A program made the translations under genes and the position numbers. Below are positions 21,453-30,768 of a DNA stretch of 64,000 nt, piece after piece. This stretch comes from Cyanophyceae cyanobacterium (GTDB lineage Bacteria > Cyanobacteriota > Cyanobacteriia > Cyanobacteriales > JBHJGN01): contig JBHJGN010000044.1 of assembly GCA_050331735.1 (NCBI GenBank), positions 40,999 through 104,998 on the forward strand. The letters are read 5' to 3'. Numbering within the stretch: position 1 is the stretch's first letter; each line of letters opens with the position of its first letter. The notes beneath the pieces were generated by a model. That model did no database searches. It saw only the letters and a program-made list of their open reading frames with translations, and was not told where the DNA came from.

Positions 21453-23048
21453 ATGCTAGGCAGTGCTGTTGTCATTCTTCTGCTGGGCTTTGTTAGCGGT
21501 CAGCTTGCCCGTCGATTAGGAGCACCTCCCCTGATCGGCATGATTTTAGCCGGGATTGTTATTGGACCGGAGTTAGGACACTTTATTAGTGCAGAATTCT
21601 TCAATCTCGCAGATGACCTGAGAACGATTGCCGTGATGGTCATCCTGATGCGAGCGGGACTGGGACTCGATCGAGACAAGCTAATGCAGCAGGGCAGCGT
21701 CGCTCTGCGTTTGGGGTTTCTACCGGCTACGACAGAGGCCATCGCTGTAGCGGTGGCTGCCACGCTCCTATTTCAGTTTGACTTTCTGACGGGGCTACTG
21801 CTGGGATGTGTTGTCGGGGCAGAGTCTCCGGCGGTAATCGTGCCAGGCATGTTGCGGCTGAAAAGCTTGGGATGGGGCATTGGTAAAGGCATTCCTGACG
21901 TGATTCTCACAGGCAGCGCTCTATCGGATGTGCTGGTGCTGCTGGTGTTTAGTCTGTTGCTAAACTTCTTGGCAGGAACGGTCGGGGATCAGGCGATCGC
22001 TTTTCTCCCCCTGCAAGTTGGGCTTCAAATTGCCTTGGGGCTTCTCCTTGGCTGTTTCGCTGCCCGACTGCTCGTTTGGCTGGCTCAGTGGCTGCAAAAC
22101 ACTGTTCAGGCTACACTTACCGTAGCGGGCATGGCTTTATCTTTAATTCTGCTGGCTCAATCCTTACCTTATTCTGGCTACCTGGCAACGATGGCGCTGG
22201 GTTTTTTTCTGCTTGAATTCGATCCTCCCTTGGCGCGCCAGATGCGCATTGAATTTAATCATCTGTGGGTAGTTGCGGAAATTGTGTTATTTGTCCTGCT
22301 GGGAGCGAGTATTCAGCTAGAGATGTTAGAAAATCTGCTTTTACCAGGGGGACTGATTTTAGCAGTTGGTTTGTTTGTGGGTCGTCCGGTTGGGTGGTAT
22401 CTAGCGACGCTTGGAAGTAACTGGACCGGACGAGAACGACTGTTTTTGCTGCCGGGAAATTCGGCTAAAGCCACGGTGCAGGCAGCAATCGGGGCTATTC
22501 CTCTTAGTCGAGGAGTTGAGGGGGGAGAGGTGATTTTGGCGATCGCTGCCCTGTCGATTTTGACAACGGCTCCACTAGGAGCGTGGGCCATTGGGGCTTT
22601 TGCCCCTAAACTCTTAACCCAATCTCCTGTCGATCCGACCAAAGTAACGGTTGACTCTCATACTCTAGTGTTAGCGGCTGTCGATACTTCTCTCCTCGCA
22701 ACTGCCGTGTTGACCAAAGCCGCCGATTTAGCTAGACGCAGTAATGGGGAGGTCATTGTTCTGCATGTTACTAATCATCCGCACACTAGGGAGATTGAGC
22801 AGCTTCGCCAGCATCAGCGCTTGCTTTTGGATATCCGTCATCAATTTATCTTTGTTAATGGTCCCGTTCCAGAAGCCATTGTACAAACTGCCCAGGACTA
22901 TCAAGCGACCGACATTGTCATGGGTAAGCGCGGACATCGGTCTTTAGAAGATGTCTTGATTGGTTCTGTATCTCAAAGTGTTATCGAAACTAGTTCAATT
23001 CCTGTGACCTTGGTTGAAGATAGTCAAGCAAATACTAAATTCAGTTAA
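21453..23048 (+). CDS. Cation:proton antiporter (CPA1/NHA-like) with a C-terminal universal stress protein domain
   Basis: ILMRAGLGL, AESPAVIVP, AKATVQAAIG; USP motif IVMGKRGH...IGSVSQSVI. Confidence 0.9.
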   Translation: MLGSAVVILLLGFVSGQLARRLGAPPLIGMILAGIVIGPELGHFISAEFFNLADDLRTIAVMVILMRAGLGLDRDKLMQQGSVALRLGFLPATTEAIAVAVAATLLFQFDFLTGLLLGCVVGAESPAVIVPGMLRLKSLGWGIGKGIPDVILTGSALSDVLVLLVFSLLLNFLAGTVGDQAIAFLPLQVGLQIALGLLLGCFAARLLVWLAQWLQNTVQATLTVAGMALSLILLAQSLPYSGYLATMALGFFLLEFDPPLARQMRIEFNHLWVVAEIVLFVLLGASIQLEMLENLLLPGGLILAVGLFVGRPVGWYLATLGSNWTGRERLFLLPGNSAKATVQAAIGAIPLSRGVEGGEVILAIAALSILTTAPLGAWAIGAFAPKLLTQSPVDPTKVTVDSHTLVLAAVDTSLLATAVLTKAADLARRSNGEVIVLHVTNHPHTREIEQLRQHQRLLLDIRHQFIFVNGPVPEAIVQTAQDYQATDIVMGKRGHRSLEDVLIGSVSQSVIETSSIPVTLVEDSQANTKFS

Positions 23049-23168
23049 ATCAGTATGGCTAAGAGACGCAGCCAATAACCGTTGGTTTAAACGGTTTATA
23101 GTTAGTGGTTCTATTCAGCCGCTGCAATAATCTTTTGCCACCTCACGAACTCATGGGTTCTGCCAGCG

Positions 23169-23855
23169 CTAAGAGCGCAAGCTCAATTTTTGGTTATAGT
23201 AATCAATTGCGTTCTGAACGTCTTGCTGTGAGAGCACAGGCCAGAAAGAATCCGTAAAGTAGAAGTAGGCATAGGCGCTTTGCCACAGCAAATAATTGCT
23301 CAGGCGTTGCTCACCACCAGCGCGAACGACTAAATCTAGATCAGGAAGTTCAGCCGTATATAGGAATTGAGAGAAGAACGCTTCCGTAATTTCTTCTGGT
23401 TGGATTCGTTGAGCGACTACCTGGCGGACTGCCTCGACAATCTCTGCACGTCCGCCGTAGTTAAATGCCAGATTGAGGACTCTGTGACTATGGGTTTTCG
23501 TTAGATCTACAGCAGCATCAATCACTTTAAGTACGGATTCAGAAATTCCTTGTCGGCTACCACTGTGTAGCACTCGCACTTGGCGATTGTGTAGCTCATC
23601 AGCTAAGTGGGGACCGAGTTCCTCAATGCTGCTCATCAATGCCTGAACCTCGTCTGTAGGTCTTTTCCAATTCTCGGTTGACCAGACATAGGCTGAGACA
23701 ATATCAATCTTGAAGAGATGACAGATATCGAGAACATCAAGAATGTGGGCAATACCGGCACGATGGCCTGCGCTGCGAGACAACCCATGCTGAACTGCCC
23801 AGCGCCCGTTACCGTCCATGATAAAACCAATGTGTTTTGGAATATGCATTGTCAA
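23169..23855 (-). CDS. uppS: cis-prenyltransferase (UppS/polyprenyl diphosphate synthase family)
   Basis: IMDGNGRWA, STENWKRP, NYGGRAEI, EQRLSNYLLWQ. Confidence 0.88.
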   Translation of the reverse strand: MTMHIPKHIGFIMDGNGRWAVQHGLSRSAGHRAGIAHILDVLDICHLFKIDIVSAYVWSTENWKRPTDEVQALMSSIEELGPHLADELHNRQVRVLHSGSRQGISESVLKVIDAAVDLTKTHSHRVLNLAFNYGGRAEIVEAVRQVVAQRIQPEEITEAFFSQFLYTAELPDLDLVVRAGGEQRLSNYLLWQSAYAYFYFTDSFWPVLSQQDVQNAIDYYNQKLSLRS

Positions 23856-24010
23856 ACTGAGCTAAAACATTTAAGTCTTATCAATCTTATCTAATAGGAA
23901 ATAGGTAGTTACAGCGATGTTTTTTGATTAACAATTCGGTTATAGTTCGTTCCCTTAATTTAACTCGTTAAAACAACAAAATAGAACGGCTGTAAGTGTT
24001 TTACAAGCTA

Positions 24011-24439
24011 TTATGAGTTCATAAAGAAAGTAGCGGGTAGGCGAAAACGTTCTCCTAATTTAATAGCCGCGTTTTTACTAATCTCTCGTTTTCCACTTAA
24101 AACCTCAGAAGTAGTTCCCCTGGAGCCAAACACAGAAGCTAAATCGGCTTGCTTAAGATTATTGGCCTCCATTAAATATCGAAGCCTCTCTAAAGGAGTG
24201 CTTTGTGTCTTAATGAAATTTTGCTCCTCTTCGTATTTCTCGATTAAAACTACCAGTAGGTCAAAAAGCTGATCTTCTTCTGGAGATAGAATATCTTTAT
24301 GCATTAGCTCCTCTACAAGGGCTAGCGCCTCATTATACTCCTTGTCTGTGCGGATGACGTGAGGATGAGTACTGGCAAGTAAAGCGCCATAAGCATCAGA
24401 ATTAACGGCATTACTAGTTAGAGTGCTCGCACCGCCCAA
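24011..24439 (-). CDS. higA: HigA-type antitoxin / HTH transcriptional regulator (start uncertain)
   Basis: PHVIRTDKEYNEAL...LLVVLIEKYE...LRYLMEANNLKQADL...SEVLSGKREIS. Confidence 0.8.
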   Translation of the reverse strand: MGGASTLTSNAVNSDAYGALLASTHPHVIRTDKEYNEALALVEELMHKDILSPEEDQLFDLLVVLIEKYEEEQNFIKTQSTPLERLRYLMEANNLKQADLASVFGSRGTTSEVLSGKREISKNAAIKLGERFRLPATFFMNS

Positions 24440-24470
24440 ACACTGCGTAGTTGCAGAATGGGAGAACTTC

Positions 24471-25001
24471 CTAATTTTTCTTTCTGTATCTAAGCTGACG
24501 TTTTTTCAATTGACGAGAGTTGCGCCAGCGAGCAATCGCCCAGAGGCTGACGAAATAGCTACAGATAGAGCCAACTAAACCAACAGCCAAGCAGCCAACC
24601 AGCAAAGTTGCCACAACCATAGTGCCAGATTCAACGATGGCAGACCAAGATTGCGACTGAATATCAAGATCTTCGACCAGCAGATCGCTGCCGCCCAAGA
24701 GCAGCTTACCGATTCTAAAATTAAAGTAGTAGATTGGGACATACGTCAAAGGATTGCTAATCCAGGTTCCAGCCGCCGCTGCAATTTTGTTTCCTCGTAA
24801 GAGAACCGCGAGCAGAACACCAATAATAGTTTGGAAGCCAAAGAAGGGAAAGAACCCGGCAAAAACTCCAGCGGCAATGCCGCGAGCAATAACCTGGGGT
24901 TTGCCCCGCAAACGGCGCAGGCGGATGTACCAGTAGCGCAGAGGCTTAGACCCCCAAGAGCGACGTTTATGCTTGATTCTAGACCTTGTTTTGACAGTCA
25001 T
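24471..25001 (-). CDS. DUF2062 membrane protein
   Basis: IARGIAAGVFAGFFPFFG.QT, GTWISNPLTYVPIY. Confidence 0.88.
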   Translation of the reverse strand: MTVKTRSRIKHKRRSWGSKPLRYWYIRLRRLRGKPQVIARGIAAGVFAGFFPFFGFQTIIGVLLAVLLRGNKIAAAAGTWISNPLTYVPIYYFNFRIGKLLLGGSDLLVEDLDIQSQSWSAIVESGTMVVATLLVGCLAVGLVGSICSYFVSLWAIARWRNSRQLKKRQLRYRKKN

Positions 25002-25098
25002 TGATAGACGTGAACGATTGAATCTGCCTCTACCCTGTTGTCATCGTACATAAGAAAAGATTAAGGATAATCAGCATTAAGCAAGAAATTAGTCAGCA

Positions 25099-26478
25099 AT
25101 GCCCAAACCAATAGTCCAAGGAGAGACCATCGCCGCGATCGCCACGGCTGTTGTGCCCCAGCAGGGCAGCATCGGGGTGGTGCGCTTATCTGGAGTAACA
25201 GCCGTGGCGATCGCTCGCTCTCTATTTAATGCCCCTGGCAAACAACCTTGGGAAACTCACCGCATCCTTTACGGCACGATTCGCCATCCGCACACCAAAC
25301 AACTGATCGACGAAGCGCTCCTCCTAATTATGAAGTCTCCTCGGTCTTTTACCCGCGAAGATGTGGTGGAGTTTCACTGCCACGGGGGAATTATGCCCGT
25401 TCAGCGCGTGCTACAACTGTGTGTTGAGTTAGGAGCCAGACTCGCCCAGCCGGGAGAATTTACCCTGCGGGCCTTCCTCAACGGACGCATCGATTTAACC
25501 CAAGCAGAAAGCATTGCCGAACTGGTGGGGGCGCAATCTCCCCAAGCGTCTGAGATGGCGCTAGCGGGCTTACAGGGCAAGCTCGCCGAACCGATTCGTC
25601 AACTGCGGGCTACCTGCCTCGATATTTTGGCAGAAGTGGAAGCCCGCATCGACTTTGAGGACGACTTACCGCCTCTCGATGAAGTCACTGTCAGCATCAG
25701 CCTTCAGGACACGCTGAGGCAGGTCAAAGAGATCTTAGCGACTGCCCATCGCGGGGAGCTGCTGCGCAGTGGCTTAAAGGTAGCAATCGTCGGTCGTCCG
25801 AACGTGGGTAAATCTAGCTTGCTCAATGCCTGGAGTCGAGCCGACCGCGCCATTGTCACCCCGCTTCCCGGGACGACTCGGGATGTGGTCGAAATGCAGC
25901 TAGTTGTTGGTGGCGTTCCGGTGCAGGTTCTCGATACGGCAGGCATTCGGGAGACAGCAGATACCGTCGAAAAGCTCGGGGTCGAGCGATCGCGCCATGC
26001 TGCCGCCGCTGCCGATCTTGTGCTCTTAACCATTGACGCTTCCTGGGGATGGACCGCTGAAGATGCGGAAATTTACCAGCAGGTGCAGCATCGTCCAGTT
26101 ATTTTAGTGGTCAATAAAACCGACCTCGCAGAGCCCCAAACGATTGAGTATCCCAACTCGCTCGCTCGTGTCGTTTCCACAGCGGCTGCCCTTAATCAAG
26201 GCATCGAGCACCTAGAGCAGGCCATTTTAGCCGCTGTTAATGCGGGTCTCACTGCTGCCAATTTAGAAATTGCGATTAATCAAAGACAAGCTGCTGCCCT
26301 TACGCGGGCAAAAGCGGCCCTAGAACAGGTCCAAGAAACCATGACTAACCAACTTCCTCTCGACTTCTGGACCATCGATCTCCGCAGTGCGATTCAAGCA
26401 CTGGGAGACATTACTGGCGAAGAGGTCACAGAATCAGTTTTAGATCGGATCTTCAGCCGGTTCTGTATCGGCAAGTAA
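25099..26478 (+). CDS. mnmE: tRNA modification GTPase MnmE
   Basis: [29 protein letters not shown]-terminal FCIGK. Confidence 0.98.
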   Translation: MPKPIVQGETIAAIATAVVPQQGSIGVVRLSGVTAVAIARSLFNAPGKQPWETHRILYGTIRHPHTKQLIDEALLLIMKSPRSFTREDVVEFHCHGGIMPVQRVLQLCVELGARLAQPGEFTLRAFLNGRIDLTQAESIAELVGAQSPQASEMALAGLQGKLAEPIRQLRATCLDILAEVEARIDFEDDLPPLDEVTVSISLQDTLRQVKEILATAHRGELLRSGLKVAIVGRPNVGKSSLLNAWSRADRAIVTPLPGTTRDVVEMQLVVGGVPVQVLDTAGIRETADTVEKLGVERSRHAAAAADLVLLTIDASWGWTAEDAEIYQQVQHRPVILVVNKTDLAEPQTIEYPNSLARVVSTAAALNQGIEHLEQAILAAVNAGLTAANLEIAINQRQAAALTRAKAALEQVQETMTNQLPLDFWTIDLRSAIQALGDITGEEVTESVLDRIFSRFCIGK

Positions 26479-26649
26479 CAGAATAGCTCTTTGGCGAGGT
26501 CACACCGATTGAGAACTAGGGAAAGGGGAAGAACTCAATAGCCCTTTCCTGTTACCCGTTCCTTGGAGACTTTATTCTGTCAACCATTAACAAAATTCAA
26601 CGCTTCAACGCTGACGCTCAATGAGTAGTACAACGAATAGCTAATCGCT

Positions 26650-27927
26650 TTATAGAGTTAGAGACTGCGGCTCGGTTTCAATCAGCTTGGCCAAATCCTG
26701 TAAAAAAGCAGCGGCGTTAGCTCCGTAGATAATGCGATGGTCGCAGGTGATGTTGACGCTCATCTGACGCTGAATGCCCATCATGCCGCCTTCTGTGGCG
26801 ACGACTTGAGGACGAGACGCACCGATGGCCAGGATAGAACCCTGTCCGGGAAGCAAAATGGCATCAAAGCGGTCAACGCCAAACATGCCTAAATTAGATA
26901 GCGTAAAGGTGCCGCTGCTGTATTCATCGGGCTGAAGCTGCTTAGAGCGCGATCGCTCTACTAATCCTTTCCAGGTGCGAGAGAGGGAATAAATATCAAC
27001 TCGATCCGCATTCTGCAACACCGGAGTAATGAGTCCCCCGTCGGGCATGGCAACGGCAACGGCAATGTTGATAGACGAGCGGTGGTTAATGCCCTGTTCG
27101 CTGTAGCTCGCGTTGACGAGGGGATGCTTCTGCAAGGTAACGGCAACCGCCTTGGCTAGCAAAGCCGTCATCGTCACGCCTTTTGGTTTAATTTTCTGAT
27201 AAAGCTGGTCTAGGGCATTGGTAGTAATGGTATAGCCGACTCGGAAAACGGGAACCTGAAGGCTGCTCACCATGTTCCGCACCACCGCCTGCTGAAGAGT
27301 ATTGAGCGGTACGGTTTCGCCAATCGGAGCAGCAGTGGGAGCCGGGGCGGTCGCAGCCGGAGCTGGTTTGGGCGCGGCGGCAGGCAAAACCGCTGGTTCA
27401 GCTTGGGGAGCCGCTGAAGGGGCAGCCTCGGTTTTACCAGAGGCTCGCTCCACATCCGCTGCCACGATTCGTCCGTGGGGTCCGCTCCCCTGGAGCGTTT
27501 CTACTTCGACTCCCAACTGCTTAGCGAGCTTACGGGCTCTTGGCGAAACAATGATGCGCTGACCGTTGCGACTGGCAGGAGCCGGGGGAAGCGGGGTTGC
27601 TGAATCAGCCTCAGCTAATGGCTCAGGAACGGAGGCTGTTTGCTGCTGATCTGAGCTTCCCTGCTGTTTGGCCGATTCGATTTCTGCTTCCGTTTCGGCA
27701 AGCAGGGCAATCGGAGAACCAACTGCCGCATCCTGTCCGGCTTCTACTAATATCGTTGCCAAGTAGCCTTCATAAAAAGATTCTACATCCATGTCGGCTT
27801 TATCTGACTCGACCACGACCACGGTTTCCCCTTTGGCAACGCGATCTCCTGGGGATTTCACCCATTCAACAATTTTTCCTGTCTCCATTGTGGAGCTAAG
27901 AGCAGGCATGAAAATATCGTGAATCAT
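26650..27927 (-). CDS. pdhC: Pyruvate dehydrogenase E2 dihydrolipoamide acetyltransferase
   Basis: Lipoyl domain ESDKA, E3-binding SPRARKLA...GSGPHGRI, catalytic DHRIIYG. Confidence 0.96.
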   Translation of the reverse strand: MIHDIFMPALSSTMETGKIVEWVKSPGDRVAKGETVVVVESDKADMDVESFYEGYLATILVEAGQDAAVGSPIALLAETEAEIESAKQQGSSDQQQTASVPEPLAEADSATPLPPAPASRNGQRIIVSPRARKLAKQLGVEVETLQGSGPHGRIVAADVERASGKTEAAPSAAPQAEPAVLPAAAPKPAPAATAPAPTAAPIGETVPLNTLQQAVVRNMVSSLQVPVFRVGYTITTNALDQLYQKIKPKGVTMTALLAKAVAVTLQKHPLVNASYSEQGINHRSSINIAVAVAMPDGGLITPVLQNADRVDIYSLSRTWKGLVERSRSKQLQPDEYSSGTFTLSNLGMFGVDRFDAILLPGQGSILAIGASRPQVVATEGGMMGIQRQMSVNITCDHRIIYGANAAAFLQDLAKLIETEPQSLTL

Positions 27928-28102
27928 GAAGCGGTCTTCTTAAATTACCTAAACAAGTGGTTCAATGCTATTCGACAAGAAGCGAGCGCCGTTCGCTGCT
28001 ATCGGTGCGATCGCTATTATATAGTGGTTTGTGAATTAGGAGTGTACACCAAGCCCCAAGCAGTCAGCAAACCATTAACGATCGACCGTCAACAACTCAC
28101 TG

Positions 28103-28552
28103 CTACACATCGCCCCGAATTTCTTCAACAACACCATCGCGTACGACGATTTCAACATTGAGTTTTTTAACGAGATTGTCGCCTTTATCAATCCGAAAGA
28201 AGCTTTCCAGTTGTCCTTGGGCCACTTCTTGATTCAGCTCCAGGAGCTGCACCTGCTGAAGTTGCTGAAGCGCCTGATTTTTTTTCTCCAGCAGCTCGCT
28301 CTTCTTGCGATTGACCTGACCCTGAATACTTTCCATCTGCTTGGTGACTTGCGGTCCAGGCGGCTGGACGCTTTGCTTTTGGATTTCAGCTAGGGCTCGC
28401 TGTCCCTGCATCTCTAGCTGTTGGACTTGACTATCCACCTGGCTCACTTGGGTCTGAAGCTGTTGCTGGACCTCTTCTTTCCAGCGAGTCGTGACGATCA
28501 CTTTGATGGTCACGGGTCTTTTTAGGAGTAAACTGGACTGTCCTTCGCTCAT
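28103..28552 (-). CDS. YlqD family protein
   Basis: LKRPVTIKVIVT, Gln-rich coiled coil, GDNLVKKL.VEIVVRDGVV. Confidence 0.85.
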   Translation of the reverse strand: MSEGQSSLLLKRPVTIKVIVTTRWKEEVQQQLQTQVSQVDSQVQQLEMQGQRALAEIQKQSVQPPGPQVTKQMESIQGQVNRKKSELLEKKNQALQQLQQVQLLELNQEVAQGQLESFFRIDKGDNLVKKLNVEIVVRDGVVEEIRGDV

Positions 28553-28621
28553 GGTTTGTTCCTTGCGTTGTTCACGTCTTGTTGCCTCAGTTTGAATTTA
28601 ATTGTTCGAGGAGACAACAAC

Positions 28622-30535
28622 TTATTCAAACATCCTGTTAATAATATCGTGATAGCGTTCTTTCACAACGGGACGTTTCACCTTCAGCGTTTGCGTCATG
28701 GTTCCGTCTTCAATTGAAAACGGTTCTAGAATAAACTCAAAAGGACCGATTCTGTCATCGGCGCGGTAGCCCGGGCGGTCTTTGACTTCCCGGTTGAGTT
28801 CTTGGCGGAACAAATCTCGCACCGGTTTGCTGTTTAGAGCTTGAGCATCCATCGTTGTCGAGACAGATTGCTCCTGCGCCCATTTTTGCAGCGCATCTAG
28901 GTTAGGCACAATCAGAGCGCCAAGCGATCGCTGATCTTGACCCACCACCATGATCTGGTCGATATAGGAGCTACGAGCACAGGCATCTTCAATCGGCTGC
29001 GGCTCGATGTTTTCGCCATTAGTTAGGACAATCGTATCCTTGGCTCGTCCCGTCAACACCAGATCGTTAGCAGGCGTAACCCAACCCAAGTCGCCGCTGT
29101 CGAACCAGCCTTCTTTGTCGATGGCTTTAGCCGTTGCTTCTGGCAGTTTGTAGTAGCCCTGCATCACTTGGGGACCGCGGATCAGCACCACACCTCGCTG
29201 TTCGGCAGGGAGAGGCTGGCGAGTTTGGGGGTCAGCAATGCGAATTTCTGTATCAACCAGGGGCGGACCAGCCGAACCGCGCAGATTACGCTCAAATCGG
29301 CGTACATTTGTCACGGGGGAAGTTTCGGTTAGCCCGTATCCAACTAAGATGGTTACCCCAATGATTTCGTAGAAATCATCCAGATGCCTGGCCAGAGAGC
29401 CGCCACCGCTAATCATCACGCGCACATTACCGCCAGTTGCCTCCCGCACTTTTTGATAAACCAGACGGTCAGCGAGGGCATGAAGAGGCTGAAGCGTCGC
29501 TGCTTCGAGCTGAGCCGCTAGCCGTTCAAACGCCGAAGCATGAAGCTCGTTGAGGTTTAATCCGGTCGCAGTACGCCGCACTTTGACGTAGTTTTCGGAT
29601 TGTTTGAGGAGAAAATTAACGAGTTTTTGCTTGGCGGCTGGCTGTTCGCGAAACTGCTTTTGGATGCCTTCGTAAATAGATTCCCACAGTCGCGGAACCC
29701 CTACTAGATAGTGCGGTTTGAAATCCTTAAGATCCTTTTTGATTGCTCGAATATTGGTGTAGGAAAGGGTACAGCCTTGGGAAAGCAGAAAGTATTCGCA
29801 GGAGCGCTCGTAGGCGTGCCAGCTAGGGAGAATGCTTAAAAAGCGATCGCCGGGACGCGCTTGCAGAACCGTTTTAAAGGCGTTGACCTGATGCAGCAGG
29901 TTGCCGTGAGAGAGCATTACGCCTTTGGGTTTCCCCGTTGTGCCAGAAGTGTACAGGAGAGTGGCAAGAGAATCCCGCTGCTGCGGCACCTCTTCTAGAG
30001 AACGATCGGTTCCTAGGTTTAATAGTTGCTCGAAGTTGACGAGTCTTAAAGATTCATCTTCGCTGGTTGCGTCAGAAAGCAACACAACGAACCCAATGGG
30101 CAGCTCATCGAGCTGAGGACGCAGTTTTTCAAGCGTCTTGCTATCTTCGACGACAAGGCCAGTGCTATCGCTGTTTTCGATGATATAAAGTAATTCTTCG
30201 GAGTCAGCAGCAGACGAACGGACCACATCGACTGCCCCAGCGGCCATAATGCCCTGGTCGGCAATGAGCCAACGAGGGCTATTATCGGCAACAAGAGCGA
30301 CTTTCGCTTCCGGCTGCACTCCTAATGCCTGTAATCCCGCCGCAAATTGCTGAATTTGTTGATCGAGTTGCGCATAGGTCAGCGTAACCTCTGGTTTGGC
30401 GTGAGGATCTCGCAGCGCCACCACATCACCAAACTGTTTGGCTGCCTGGGACCAAATTTGGGGCATCGATTCAGTGGCGCTATAGTCAGCGCGGGGGGAA
30501 GCAGTGGGATGCGCCTCCGAGACGGATTGTGTCAT
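28622..30535 (-). CDS. aas: Long-chain acyl-ACP/CoA synthetase (cyanobacterial Aas)
   Basis: YTSGTTGKPKG, GYGLTE, GRAKDTIVLTNGENIEP; sits upstream of ylqD-pdhC. Confidence 0.88.
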   Translation of the reverse strand: MTQSVSEAHPTASPRADYSATESMPQIWSQAAKQFGDVVALRDPHAKPEVTLTYAQLDQQIQQFAAGLQALGVQPEAKVALVADNSPRWLIADQGIMAAGAVDVVRSSAADSEELLYIIENSDSTGLVVEDSKTLEKLRPQLDELPIGFVVLLSDATSEDESLRLVNFEQLLNLGTDRSLEEVPQQRDSLATLLYTSGTTGKPKGVMLSHGNLLHQVNAFKTVLQARPGDRFLSILPSWHAYERSCEYFLLSQGCTLSYTNIRAIKKDLKDFKPHYLVGVPRLWESIYEGIQKQFREQPAAKQKLVNFLLKQSENYVKVRRTATGLNLNELHASAFERLAAQLEAATLQPLHALADRLVYQKVREATGGNVRVMISGGGSLARHLDDFYEIIGVTILVGYGLTETSPVTNVRRFERNLRGSAGPPLVDTEIRIADPQTRQPLPAEQRGVVLIRGPQVMQGYYKLPEATAKAIDKEGWFDSGDLGWVTPANDLVLTGRAKDTIVLTNGENIEPQPIEDACARSSYIDQIMVVGQDQRSLGALIVPNLDALQKWAQEQSVSTTMDAQALNSKPVRDLFRQELNREVKDRPGYRADDRIGPFEFILEPFSIEDGTMTQTLKVKRPVVKERYHDIINRMFE

Positions 30536-30710
30536 CGCTCAATTGTTTAAATCGCTTATGACCAAGATACCCTCATCTTGACGGAGATTGTCCTAAAAGT
30601 CATAAAAAGAGTTATGAATGTTCTGTTTTGTTGATATTACGAGAGGCGATCGCCCTGCTCAGGAGTACTCAACCATCTGATTAGCGGTTACTTGAGAAAA
30701 CAGAGAGCTA

Positions 30711-30756
30711 AGCAGAATAATTCTCAGCAACTCTCTCGGCTGAGAATTATTCTGCT
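30711..30756. terminator. Perfect 18-bp inverted repeat downstream of gcvP
   Basis: AGCAGAATAATTCTCAGC-N10-GCTGAGAATTATTCTGCT. Confidence 0.6.
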
Positions 30757-30768
30757 CCTGGCGCTCCT

